64,000 bases of DNA from Bacteroidaceae bacterium (lineage in GTDB: Bacteria; Bacteroidota; Bacteroidia; Bacteroidales; UBA932): assembly GCA_963642565.1 (NCBI GenBank), contig CAVIGZ010000004.1, positions 4,054 through 68,053 of the forward strand. Reading direction: 5' to 3'. The notes under the pieces are model-generated. The model searched no databases. It saw only the letters and a program-made list of their open reading frames with translations, and was not told where the DNA came from. Shown here in pieces: positions 39,450 through 49,100 of the stretch; position 1 is the first letter of the stretch; every line of letters starts with the position of its first letter. A program made the position numbers and the translations under genes.

Positions 39450-40553
39450 CTACACGTTAAACAGGAAGTGCATGATGTCGCCGTCCTGGACGACATATTC
39501 CTTGCCTTCCGTGGCGAGCTTGCCGGCGGCGCGGACGGCGCTTTCGCTGCCGAGTGTGACGAAGTCATCGTACTTGATGACCTCGGCTCTGATGAAGCCT
39601 TTCTCGAAGTCCGTGTGGATGACTCCGGCGGCTTTCGGGGCTTTGTCGCCCTTGTGGATTGTCCAGGCGCGGCACTCGTCGGCTCCGGCGGTGAAGAATG
39701 TCTGGAGACCGAGCAGATGGTAGGCTCCTTGGATCAGCCTCACGACACCTGATTCTTTCAGACCCATCTCATCAAGGAACATCTGGCGGTCCTCGTAGGA
39801 GTCCATCTCGGCGATCTCGGACTCTGTCTTGGCGGAGATCACGAGGATTCCGGCGTTCTCCTCCCTGACGGCCTCACGTACTGCGTCCACGTACTTGTTG
39901 CCGCCTGCGGCGGAGGCGTCATCCACGTTGCAGACGTACATCACCGGCTTGTTGGTGAGCAGGAACAGATCCTTGGCCATCGCGGCCTCCTCTTCATTGA
40001 TGAACTCCACCGTCCTGCACGATTTTCCCTGCTCAAGGGCCTCCTTGTAGCGGAGCAGAAGGTTCACAAGTTTCCTGGCGTCCTTGTCTCCTCCTGTCGT
40101 GGCCTGTTTCTGGCTCTTCGCAAGGCGGGATTCCACCGTCTCAAGATCCTTGATCTGAAGTTCCGTGTCCACCACTTCCTTGTCCCTCACCGGATTCACA
40201 CTGCCGTCCACATGGACAACATTGCCGTCATCGAAGCATCTGAGGACGTGCAGGATGGCGTCTGTCTCACGGATGTTGGCAAGGAACTGGTTCCCAAGGC
40301 CTTCGCCCTTGCTGGCTCCCTTGACGAGACCGGCTATGTCCACGATGTCCACAGTTGCCGGGACAACACTCTTGGGCTTGCACATGTCCGCAAGCACTTC
40401 CAGCCTCTTGTCGGGCACGTTCGTCGAACCGAGATTTGGCTCTATGGTGCAGAAAGGAAAGTTCGCGCTCTGGGCCTTGCCTGAGCTTACACAGTTGAAC
40501 AAGGTTGACTTCCCGACATTCGGAAGTCCGACTATACCGCATTTCAATGACAT
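39450..40553 (-). CDS. ychF: Redox-regulated ATPase YchF
   Basis: GIVGLPNVGKST, FPFCTIEPN, DIAGLVKGASKGEGLGNQFL, TGS domain EGKEYVVQDGD. Confidence 0.98.
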   Translation of the reverse strand: MSLKCGIVGLPNVGKSTLFNCVSSGKAQSANFPFCTIEPNLGSTNVPDKRLEVLADMCKPKSVVPATVDIVDIAGLVKGASKGEGLGNQFLANIRETDAILHVLRCFDDGNVVHVDGSVNPVRDKEVVDTELQIKDLETVESRLAKSQKQATTGGDKDARKLVNLLLRYKEALEQGKSCRTVEFINEEEAAMAKDLFLLTNKPVMYVCNVDDASAAGGNKYVDAVREAVREENAGILVISAKTESEIAEMDSYEDRQMFLDEMGLKESGVVRLIQGAYHLLGLQTFFTAGADECRAWTIHKGDKAPKAAGVIHTDFEKGFIRAEVIKYDDFVTLGSESAVRAAGKLATEGKEYVVQDGDIMHFLFNV

Positions 40554-40590
40554 ATCCTATTGATTTCTAATTTTTATTATTGGGCATTCA

Positions 40591-40607
40591 AAGTGATTCC
40601 TAAAAAA
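40591..40607. repeat. 17-bp repeat AAGTGATTCCTAAAAAA, inverted copy at 43166-43182
   Basis: Exact reverse-complement match read by eye. Confidence 0.7.
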
Positions 40608-40796
40608 TAACTTGGTGCTTTTGCGCGTCTTTTTGGTCTAGATTTATTTTTTCATCATCACAAAAAGAATATGACCCGTCAATATTTTTTCGGGGACAAA
40701 GATACGAATGATAAGAAAAAGTTTTTCTGTTTTTTATGAAAGTGTTTCTGTTTCTTTTCGTTTTTTATGTTTTTGTGCCGCATCTTTGCCGGCGGA

Positions 40797-41825
40797 ATGA
40801 AAAGGTTGATCGTCATACTGTCCGCTTTTCTTCTCTTTCCTGCCGCCGCTGTACAGGTTGTTCATAAATGCTCATTCACGATAAAGGCGGCAGCAAGGGA
40901 AGAGGAGCGGACGCTTGTCATGTTCTGGAATCTTGAGAACCTTTTCGACTGGCGCAGGGACAGCCTTAACGGAAGCGAGTCGGAAGCTGAATTCACCTCG
41001 TTCGGGAAAAGGCACTGGACAAAACGCCGTTTTGTGGCGAAGTGCAATGCGATAGCGAAGGCCATTTTCTGGATAAAGGACAGAGAGGGCATGCTTCCGG
41101 ACGTCATAGGAATAGCCGAGGTGGAGAACCGTTTTGTTCTCGAAAGACTTCTTGAGGAGACTCCTCTTTACAAGACGGACTACGGGATCGTTCATTTCGA
41201 CTCTCCGGATCCGCGCGGGATAGATGTCGCCCTTCTTTACAGAAAATCCCGGCTGGAGCTGCTTCGTGCTGTTTCATTGAGTGTCGGGAGCGGGACGGAT
41301 CCTCCGATGAGGACCAGAGACATTCTTTTGACCAAATTCCGGAAGCCGGACGGAGACAGCGTGGCTTTTCTGGTGAACCATCATCCGTCCAAGTATGGGG
41401 GAAAGACAGGCCGGAGGAGGGAAGTGGCGCTCAGCAGGCTGCGTGATGCCACGGACTCCCTGCAAAGAGCCGGGCTGAGGAATATACTCGCGATGGGTGA
41501 CTTCAACGACACTCCTGACAATCCGGCTTTCGGAATATTGACTGACGGGCAGCCTTACCCTTTGACGAACCTGGCGGTTCCGCTTGCTGCAAAGGGTTAT
41601 GGAACGATAAGATATTCAGGTAAATGGGAGATGATAGACATGTTCTTTGTTTCGGAAAGCGTTGCCGTGAGCGGGCATATTCCTGAAATGAGGGTTTTGA
41701 GGCTGCCTTTCCTTATGACGCGGGACAACGCTCATTCCGGGGAAAAACCGCTCCGGACGTACACCGGGCCGCGATATGTCGGGGGAGTGAGCGATCATTG
41801 TCCGATTGTTGTGACTATTCGGTAG
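40797..41825 (+). CDS. Exported endonuclease/exonuclease/phosphatase (EEP) family protein
   Basis: WNLENLFD, AEVEN, DPRGIDVALLY, NHHPS, MGDFND, GVSDHCP. Confidence 0.88.
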   Translation: MKRLIVILSAFLLFPAAAVQVVHKCSFTIKAAAREEERTLVMFWNLENLFDWRRDSLNGSESEAEFTSFGKRHWTKRRFVAKCNAIAKAIFWIKDREGMLPDVIGIAEVENRFVLERLLEETPLYKTDYGIVHFDSPDPRGIDVALLYRKSRLELLRAVSLSVGSGTDPPMRTRDILLTKFRKPDGDSVAFLVNHHPSKYGGKTGRRREVALSRLRDATDSLQRAGLRNILAMGDFNDTPDNPAFGILTDGQPYPLTNLAVPLAAKGYGTIRYSGKWEMIDMFFVSESVAVSGHIPEMRVLRLPFLMTRDNAHSGEKPLRTYTGPRYVGGVSDHCPIVVTIR

Positions 41826-41926
41826 ATAATCGACAAAAATTGTTAAATTTGCCTTATTGGAAGTCGGTCCTGGGGACTGCTTCGGAAACTGACAAAACTG
41901 AGAGACAGCTTCTAAAATCACATAAT

Positions 41927-43078
41927 ATGGAAATGAAAACCAGAATCAGGGAGAAATTCAAGACTCTCTTCGGTGCCGAAGGTGAGGTTTTCGCTTCGGC
42001 GGGTCGTATTAACCTTATCGGTGAACATACTGACTATAACGGGGGTTATGTTTTCCCCGGAGCCATCGATTGCGGAATCGTGGCCGAGGTCAAACCGAAC
42101 GGAACCCAGAAAGTCAAGGCTTTCTCACTTGACTATGATGAATATGTCGAGTTCGGACTCAATGAGGAGGACAAGCCTAAGCAGCAGTGGGCCAGCTACA
42201 TCTTCGGTGTGTGCCGGGAGACCGTGAAGCGTGGCGGGAAGGTTGAAGGTTTTGACACCGTCTTCGCCGGAGACGTTCCGCTCGGAGCCGGTCTTTCTTC
42301 GTCAGCTGCTTTGGAGAGCACATTCGCATATGCCATCAACTATCTGTTTGACAACAAGATCGACAAGTTTGACCTTGCGAAGATCGGCCAGTCCACCGAG
42401 CATAACTACTGCGGGGTGAAGTGCGGAATAATGGATCAGTTCGCCTCGATTTTCGGAAAGAAGGGCAGTTTGATTCGCCTTAACTGCAAGACACTGGAGT
42501 ACAAGTATTTCCCATTCGATCCGAAGGGCTATAGACTCGTCCTTGTTGATTCGTGCGTGAAACATGAACTGGCCTCTTCGGCGTATAACAAGAGAAGGGA
42601 GTCCTGCGAGAACGCAGCCAAGGCCATCAGAAAGAACCATCCTGATGTGGAGTTCCTCAGCGATGCCAAGAGAGTATGGCTTGACGAGGTCCGCGAGGAG
42701 ATTCCGGAGGAAGACTTCCTCAGGGCCGAGTATGTGATCGGGGAGGTTCAGAGAGTCCTTGACGTGTGCGACGCCCTTGAGAGGGGAGACTATGAGACTG
42801 TCGGAGAGATGATGTACCAGACCCATTTCGGTCTGAGCAAGCTCTACGAGGTCAGCTGCGAGGAACTTGATTTCCTCAACAAGCTTGCCCGCAAGTGCGA
42901 GGTGACCGGTTCCCGCGTGATGGGCGGAGGCTTCGGAGGCTGCACCATCAACCTTGTGAAGGATGAACTATACGATGCGTTCATCGCGGCTGTCAAGGAG
43001 CAGTTCCCTGCCAAGTTCGGTCACGATCCGAAGTTCTACGATGTCGTGATCAGTGACGGAGCCAGAAAAGTGGAATAA
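41927..43078 (+). CDS. galK: Galactokinase
   Basis: GRINLIGEHTDYN, PLGAGLSSSAA, CGIMDQF, GSRVMGGGFGGC. TAAATTTG -7 element at 41844. Confidence 0.96.
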   Translation: MEMKTRIREKFKTLFGAEGEVFASAGRINLIGEHTDYNGGYVFPGAIDCGIVAEVKPNGTQKVKAFSLDYDEYVEFGLNEEDKPKQQWASYIFGVCRETVKRGGKVEGFDTVFAGDVPLGAGLSSSAALESTFAYAINYLFDNKIDKFDLAKIGQSTEHNYCGVKCGIMDQFASIFGKKGSLIRLNCKTLEYKYFPFDPKGYRLVLVDSCVKHELASSAYNKRRESCENAAKAIRKNHPDVEFLSDAKRVWLDEVREEIPEEDFLRAEYVIGEVQRVLDVCDALERGDYETVGEMMYQTHFGLSKLYEVSCEELDFLNKLARKCEVTGSRVMGGGFGGCTINLVKDELYDAFIAAVKEQFPAKFGHDPKFYDVVISDGARKVE

Positions 43079-43100
43079 TATTTTTTTTACTTAATACGAC

Positions 43101-43137
43101 AAGGGTCGCACGGGATTGTTCCTCTGCGGCCCTTTTT
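43101..43137 (+). terminator. Intrinsic terminator after galK
   Basis: AAGGGTCGCA…TGCGGCCCTT stem followed by Ts. Confidence 0.7.
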
Positions 43138-43206
43138 AAATTTTATGAATATACCGGGGGAGAGTTTTTTTAGGAATCACTTAAGATTCTCTACCAACTA
43201 TAAATA

Positions 43207-43260
43207 TTCCTTATTTAGCCAAAAGTGGGTGAAATGTGTGGGTTTTGGCTAAATAAGGAA
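43207..43260. repeat. Perfect 18-bp inverted repeat with 18-bp spacer
   Basis: TTCCTTATTTAGCCAAAA / TTTTGGCTAAATAAGGAA. Confidence 0.8.
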
Positions 43261-43265
43261 ATGAG

Positions 43266-43317
43266 TTACCTGAAGAGGCGGGCGACCCGGGCCGAGCCGA
43301 TGCGGGAGAAGCCGGGG
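43266..43317 (-). repeat. Diverged duplicate of the last 52 bp of the CpXC gene (43725-43776)
   Basis: 43/52 identical by manual alignment. Reads PGFSRIGSARVARLFR* versus PGFSRIDPAWVARFFR*. Confidence 0.8.
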
Positions 43318-43354
43318 AATCATATTCATCACATCCGGAACGCCCCATTGTCCG

Positions 43355-43642
43355 TCAAGGCTTAAGGCATCCTATCGGAACCACGTACACGTCATCATCT
43401 CTTTTATAGGCCATTGCGCCGACGGCGGTCAGCACCATTTTGAATGAAGGTGCATGCATTCTGGTTGTGTCGATGCTGGACGCCAGTTTGTTGAGGGATC
43501 CGGCGCCTTCATCAACCAGTTTCTTGCCTCCAAGCTTGATTTCCACGAGGGCATATTGGCCGTTCCTCAGATGAATGACGGAGTCGCACTCCAGACCGTT
43601 GCTGTCTCTGTAATGGTACACGCTGCCATTCAAAAACACCAT
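43355..43642 (-). pseudogene. 5'-truncated AAA-ATPase/DUF4143 gene (C-terminal PD-(D/E)xK-like part only)
   Basis: VYHYRDSNGLECD…LVEIKLG…VYVVPIGCLKP is the typical end of these proteins. The N-terminal ATPase part is missing. Confidence 0.75.
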
Positions 43643-43724
43643 TGGTGAACGTTACGGCAAATCTGATACTAAAAACCGACAAATCAAAGAGTTGTAAGTA
43701 AAATTCGGTGATTTGTGGATTATT

Positions 43725-44375
43725 CTATCTGAAGAAGCGGGCGACCCATGCGGGGTCGATGCGTGAGAAGCCGGGGGAGGGCTTGACGGACGGGTTGCGG
43801 CGGATGATGCCGGCGCAGTCCTCGTAGACATTGAATCCGATGCGCAGACCGTGCATCCGGCCGTCTTTCGGGTAGGAGAACTCGATGTCGTTGTCCGGAC
43901 CGTCGATGTGATAGAACTTGAACGGAGTGTCCTGCAGGTCTTTGGCCCCGCCTTTCTCCATCATCTCCATCTTGGTGATGTACTTGCACATCTCGATCAC
44001 GCAGTCGTCCAGGCCGGAGTCGAAGATGTTGACCTTCTCGATCAGCGAGCCGATGTCGCTCACGCGGCGGAGCGTGTAGTCCTCCAGAGTCTGCGAAATC
44101 TTCTCGAACTGTGCCTCAAGAGCCTTCTCCTGCGTCTCGGGAAGGATCCCGTTAGGCATGAGCCAGATCATAAGGCGCTCAGTCGGATCGTGGTAGAGCG
44201 TCTGTCCCTGGACAAGGTTGGCCTTTCCGCAGTGCGGGCATTCCCACACGAACAGCGAGCCGTCCTTTACCTTCGCCTTCAATTCCGGGTTATCTCCGAC
44301 ATTTATGCGGTTCCAGATCTCGACTCCGTGCCTTTCTCCGCAGGCCGCGCAGGCGGCCGTAACCTTCTCTGACAT
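43725..44375 (-). CDS. CpXC domain-containing (Zn-ribbon) protein
   Basis: CAAC…INV…PELKAKVKDGSLF…CPHCG…LYHDP…LIEKVNIFD. Confidence 0.8.
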   Translation of the reverse strand: MSEKVTAACAACGERHGVEIWNRINVGDNPELKAKVKDGSLFVWECPHCGKANLVQGQTLYHDPTERLMIWLMPNGILPETQEKALEAQFEKISQTLEDYTLRRVSDIGSLIEKVNIFDSGLDDCVIEMCKYITKMEMMEKGGAKDLQDTPFKFYHIDGPDNDIEFSYPKDGRMHGLRIGFNVYEDCAGIIRRNPSVKPSPGFSRIDPAWVARFFR

Positions 44376-44408
44376 ATTCGTTGATTTTTAGAAGTTGATT
44401 CCCGCCTC

Positions 44409-44684
44409 CTATCTGTCAAGCCACTTCCAGACCTTGTACATCAGCGTTCCCCAGACGAGGAACAGGACCACATAGACCCAGAAGGGCAGTCTGGCGGCGT
44501 AATGCGTGCCTTGGGTGAGTTTATCGTAATCGGGGATGTCGGCGTAGTAATATGCCCCCGCCCCGAAATCAAGCGAGTCCTGAAGCCCGAGGCCGCGCGC
44601 CATGATGTAAAGGGCGGCCAGAACGGTCGCCCCTATGACGGTCAAGGTAAGGATCTTGACGAATATTTTGCCTTTCCCGCTCAT
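44409..44684 (-). CDS. Small two-TM membrane protein, translationally coupled to the YeiH gene
   Basis: Two hydrophobic helices around DFGAGAYYYADIP. Start overlaps the upstream stop at 44684. Confidence 0.65.
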   Translation of the reverse strand: MSGKGKIFVKILTLTVIGATVLAALYIMARGLGLQDSLDFGAGAYYYADIPDYDKLTQGTHYAARLPFWVYVVLFLVWGTLMYKVWKWLDR

Positions 44685-46039
44685 CAGTCAAGTGTCGGAA
44701 TCGGGAAGAAATTGCCGGAAAGGAGAAGCCAGACGGCGAAGAACGTCAGCACGATGTTGAAGCTTTGGCCGATGATGTAGAGCCAGAGCACCTTGCCTCC
44801 CTGCATCTGTTTGATGATCTCCTTGAAGTTCGTGTCCAGTCCGATACTGGTGAAAGCAAGCACGAACGCCCAGTTCTTGTACTGGTCCAGCACCTTGTTG
44901 ATCGCTCCCACCTGATCGGCCCCGCAGAGAGGCTGGATGAGGAACGAGGCCACCATCGAGGCGATGAAGAATCCGAGGATGAACTTAGGGAAGCGTACCC
45001 AGATCTCTCCTGGACCGACCTTGGCCATCCCGTTGTTGTCGATTCTGGTGGCGAAGAACACCGCCACGAAGAAGGCGATGAAACCGATGAGGATGTTCTG
45101 GATGGATTTCACGAGCACCGCCGCCTGCTGCGCCTCCGGACCGAGGGCCGTACCGGCCACAACGACAGCTCCGGTGGAGTCAACGGTGCCTCCGATGAGC
45201 GAGCCGCCCATGATCTGCGACATTCCGCAGGCCTTGATGATGACCGGCTCGAAGACCATCATGAGGATTGTGAATATGATGGAGATCGACACGGTGATGG
45301 AAAGGTCGTCCTTCTTCGCCTTTGAGGCCGCCGCCGTGGCGATGGCCGCGCTGGTTCCGCAGACACTGGTCGCCGAGGCCATCGTTATGACCAGCGGCTT
45401 GTTGTCTATCTTGAGCACCTTGATTCCGAACCACCACATGAACAGAATCACGATCGGGGTCACGATCCAGGCTATTCCGAGGCCGTAGAGACCGAATTTG
45501 GCGATGTTGGAGAACAGCACGGAGAATCCCATGATCACAAGGCCGGTCTTGATGTAGAACTCGGTCTTGATGGCCGGCTTGAGCCAGTTCGGAACACCGA
45601 CCGTGTTGGAGATCAGAAGACCCACGAGAAGTGCCCAGAAAGCCCATTCGAGGTAGCGGTTGAGGGTGTATTCAGCGCTGATGAGACGTACCACAAGGGC
45701 GATGGCGAACAGCCCGATGAGGGCGGGAATATATTTCTTCACGCTCTCGCCCTGAAGTTTGACTCCCACTGTGAACAGCGCCCCGAGGGTGATGAACGTC
45801 ACCAGAAACTTGCGCCAGAAAGCCCAGGCTCCAAGCTGTTCAGCCAAAGGGACAACCTTTGAGGCCGCCGCTCCGGAGAGGTTCTCTCCAAGAGTCCATG
45901 TGGCGAACTTGACCGCTGAAAAATCGAATGCCTTTGTCAGGACGGCGATGCAGGCGATGATGATCACGATGCCACCGATCCAGATTGCCTGCCAGTCCTC
46001 TTTTCCCCAGAATGCGGGAACAGTCTTGCCTTTTTCCAT
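44684..46039 (-). CDS. YeiH/putative sulfate exporter family membrane protein
   Basis: Multi-TM, EFYIKTGLV, SVCGTSAAIA, GGTVDSTGAV, RFPKFILGF. TATCTTTG -7 element at 46072-46079 on the minus strand. Confidence 0.85.
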   Translation of the reverse strand: MEKGKTVPAFWGKEDWQAIWIGGIVIIIACIAVLTKAFDFSAVKFATWTLGENLSGAAASKVVPLAEQLGAWAFWRKFLVTFITLGALFTVGVKLQGESVKKYIPALIGLFAIALVVRLISAEYTLNRYLEWAFWALLVGLLISNTVGVPNWLKPAIKTEFYIKTGLVIMGFSVLFSNIAKFGLYGLGIAWIVTPIVILFMWWFGIKVLKIDNKPLVITMASATSVCGTSAAIATAAASKAKKDDLSITVSISIIFTILMMVFEPVIIKACGMSQIMGGSLIGGTVDSTGAVVVAGTALGPEAQQAAVLVKSIQNILIGFIAFFVAVFFATRIDNNGMAKVGPGEIWVRFPKFILGFFIASMVASFLIQPLCGADQVGAINKVLDQYKNWAFVLAFTSIGLDTNFKEIIKQMQGGKVLWLYIIGQSFNIVLTFFAVWLLLSGNFFPIPTLD

Positions 46040-46122
46040 CTGTAAAATTAGTATAATGTTTTACTATTCCGCAAAGATATAACAACAGATGCTTTCCCGC
46101 AAAACTTTTTTTAAACAGCTTC

Positions 46123-49100
46123 TTACAGGTTAATGCTGAAGATCCAGCCGATGTAGTTGCGGTTGAGGGCGGAAATCGGGAAGCGGTCGATGTTGCTCCA
46201 GAAGTTGCGGGCGTAGCGGATGCCGATCTGTGTGTCGTACGGAAGCCAGAGGAAGTTGCCGAGATTGACGGAGAGATCCGCGCCGGCGCTGAACAGATTC
46301 TCTCCGGCGACACCACCCGGATTGTAATGAAGTATGCCTGACCGGTTGAAGGTCTGGTAGGACCAGTCGAGGAACGGAGTCAGCTCGAAGTTCTTGATGT
46401 AGGCCACAGGACTGAGGAACGACAGGTCAACGTCCCCGAAAGGGATCGCATAGTCGGCGGTGAGTTTCCATCTGGATTCCGAGCAGGTGTTGAGGATGCT
46501 CTTCAGGTTCGTGTCGACGAATCCTCTCGGCACTGCGGTCAATGCCCCCTCGGGCATGCTTCCTTCTTCTCCGGGACCGAAATATGTCTCCATCGATGCG
46601 GTGAGCCTGAGCCCTTGCCTTGCGGAGAACCCGGGAAGATAGCCGTAGGTGTAGAGGTAGGCCGTAGGCCTGTAGGCGTCAAGATGGCCCGGCCGTGTGT
46701 GGATCCCGAGTTCGGCTCCGAAGCCGAGCGAAGGAAAGACCTGTGACGGAGCCTTCTGCCTCATGACATAACCTCTCAGGGAAACATCCAGTGTCCGTAG
46801 CGGTGAGACATGCTCTTCGCCTATGGAGCTGAAGGTTTCGGTCACTTCCTTGCCATCCTTGTTCACGATGTGCTGCAGGAGAATCCGGTCGTTGTACCTG
46901 TCGTTCGTGAATCTGTACCTGATCTGCGGGATCAGACCTCTGGTGATGCCTCCGGAAGAGAAGTTCAGGGGGACATAGACCTTGACACTTCCGTCAAGGT
47001 AGGGCCTGTCAGACAAGGAGCCTTTGTTGTAGAGCCTGTAATAGTTCCCCTTCGTGACCTGAATTTTCCGGATGTCCATCGCCGCCCTGTCGTTGATGTC
47101 GGCGGAAAGCTCGAAAACCGGGAACAACCCTGTGTACACGTACTTGAAATGTCCGGAATGCCTCCATTTTCCCGTCCGGTAAGGATCCTCATGCGCCCCG
47201 TAGCCGATCATTCCATAGCCGGTGCTGAGCAGATTCTGGAACAGGGCGGTGGCCCCGAGGGAGACGCTTTTGTAGTAGTCATCGCCGCTGATGTCGTCTA
47301 TCTCATTGTAGTTGAAGTACACCGGCGCCCACGAATGGATGTGCGGCAATCTGACCTTTGAATATCTTTCCGTCCGCGTGAAGCCTGCCTCAGCGGCAAT
47401 GTCGGCTGAGTTGCCAATGGCGTTTTCCTGCGCCGAAAGAGCCTCTGCGACAGGGTATTTATGAATATCCCCGTAGCGAACTTCGGTCACAGGCAGGTCG
47501 CCGACCGCCGTGGCGTACATCATGCGTCCCTGTCTGTAGTCCCGCGGACTGTCCGACGCGGCCAGCGAACTGTAGTACAGGGTGTCAGCCTTGAAGACTG
47601 GCGAACTGATCCCGTAGCGGGTCGAAGTCAGCTGACGCAGCGTGAGGGCATCCACGTCAAATGAATATAATTCCGTCACACCCGTCCTGTCGCAGAGGAA
47701 AGACAGCCGGCCGTCTTCCGGGACCGGAACAGATCGCAGATGTGAAAGCGTGACCGGTTGAGGATCAAGTAATTGGCTAAGTATCGCCTTCCCGTCAGCG
47801 TTTTGCCCTGCAATCTCATAGATTCCCGTTCCGTTCTCCGACAACCCCGCCGCGAACAGTCTCTCTCCGATCCAGGCCGATTCCGTGAACTGGAGCGAAT
47901 CCGGAGCTATGAACGATTTCAGGGCGAAGCCGTCATCAGCGTCCAGAAGAACGATCCGCGATCCTCCCGCGTAAGGATATTCAGTGACGGCCAAAACCTT
48001 TCCGTCAGGTGCCGGAGCAGGATTGAAAAACCGTTCCTTCCTTGTCAGGTCATGGACTCTTTCCGGCTTTTTCAGGTTTACGTAACGGATTCTGGAACTT
48101 CCCCCGAGAGTCCGGCGAAGCCCGGCCACGGACTCGCTCCAGAATATTCTTTGCCCCTCCGAGTCAAGTGAAAGATCACTGGTGTAGGAGGCGAAGCTCC
48201 TGATTCTCTTTTCTTTACCAGCGGGATCCATCCGGACAAGACTGTTTGCGGCGGCAAGCCCTGACTTGATGGAATATATTCCTGAACCATCCGCCTGAAC
48301 CGCCCCGCCGTACTCCGTGTGCATCAGAGGGGTTCCGCTGACCTGCCTGGACGGCATAAACGGCTCCCGGAGAGCGGCTTCCATGTTCCATAACCGCCGG
48401 AAATTTTCCTCTATGACGCGGAAGGAATCCTTGAAGTTCTTTCCGCTGGCGTCCTTGACGGTCCTCTGGAGATTGAAGATCCGGCCTTTGCGCACGACCC
48501 TGTCGAAGTACTCCTTCGTGAAAAGAGGGTCATCGAAAAACACCCTTGAACCGGCGATAAGCATGTAGCCGACCCTGTAGTGGTCAGGTGTATAGCGTTT
48601 GTTTGAACCATAGCTCCATCTGTAGTAGTCCCTCCAGTCCCCGCAGTCGAACGCCGGCATCATGTAGCCCAGAAAGTCGGCCTGCCTTCCGCGTCCGCTC
48701 CGGCTGAGCGCCGTTTCCGCCACCACGGCGTCTCCTTCAAGGAATGCGGGCCCCGGGAATATTCCCGCAAAGGCTCCCGCCGCCATCTCTCCGAAGAGCC
48801 AGTGCAACGTTTTGTTGCCCCTGTCCGCACCGAACTGCATCTGCGCCGCGTGCCGCCCTTCGTGGATTGTCAGATTCCGCACCCAAGGCATGGCCGTCGG
48901 AGCGTAAGGGTCGTTGACAGTGAACATGTCCATCCTTTTCGGCGCCCAGGTGACCGATGCGTTCGGCAGCACATGGCGGCTGTGCAGCACGACCGGCATC
49001 TTGCTCCTGTAATTCTGTCCGATCAGGAATCCCGAAGATCCTGCCACCTTGAGCCTCGCGGCCTCCAGTTCCTTTCCATAGACCCTCGCCAGAGAATCGT

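Noticed and set aside
40718..40753. Direct repeat AAAGT(T/G)TTTCTGTTT at 21-bp spacing
   Set aside because: Low-complexity T-rich sequence that cannot be distinguished from chance by eye.
43266..43776. Diversity-generating retroelement TR/VR pair at the CpXC C-terminus
   Set aside because: Mismatches are not adenine-specific on either strand, the repeat is only 52 bp, and no reverse transcriptase is in the window.
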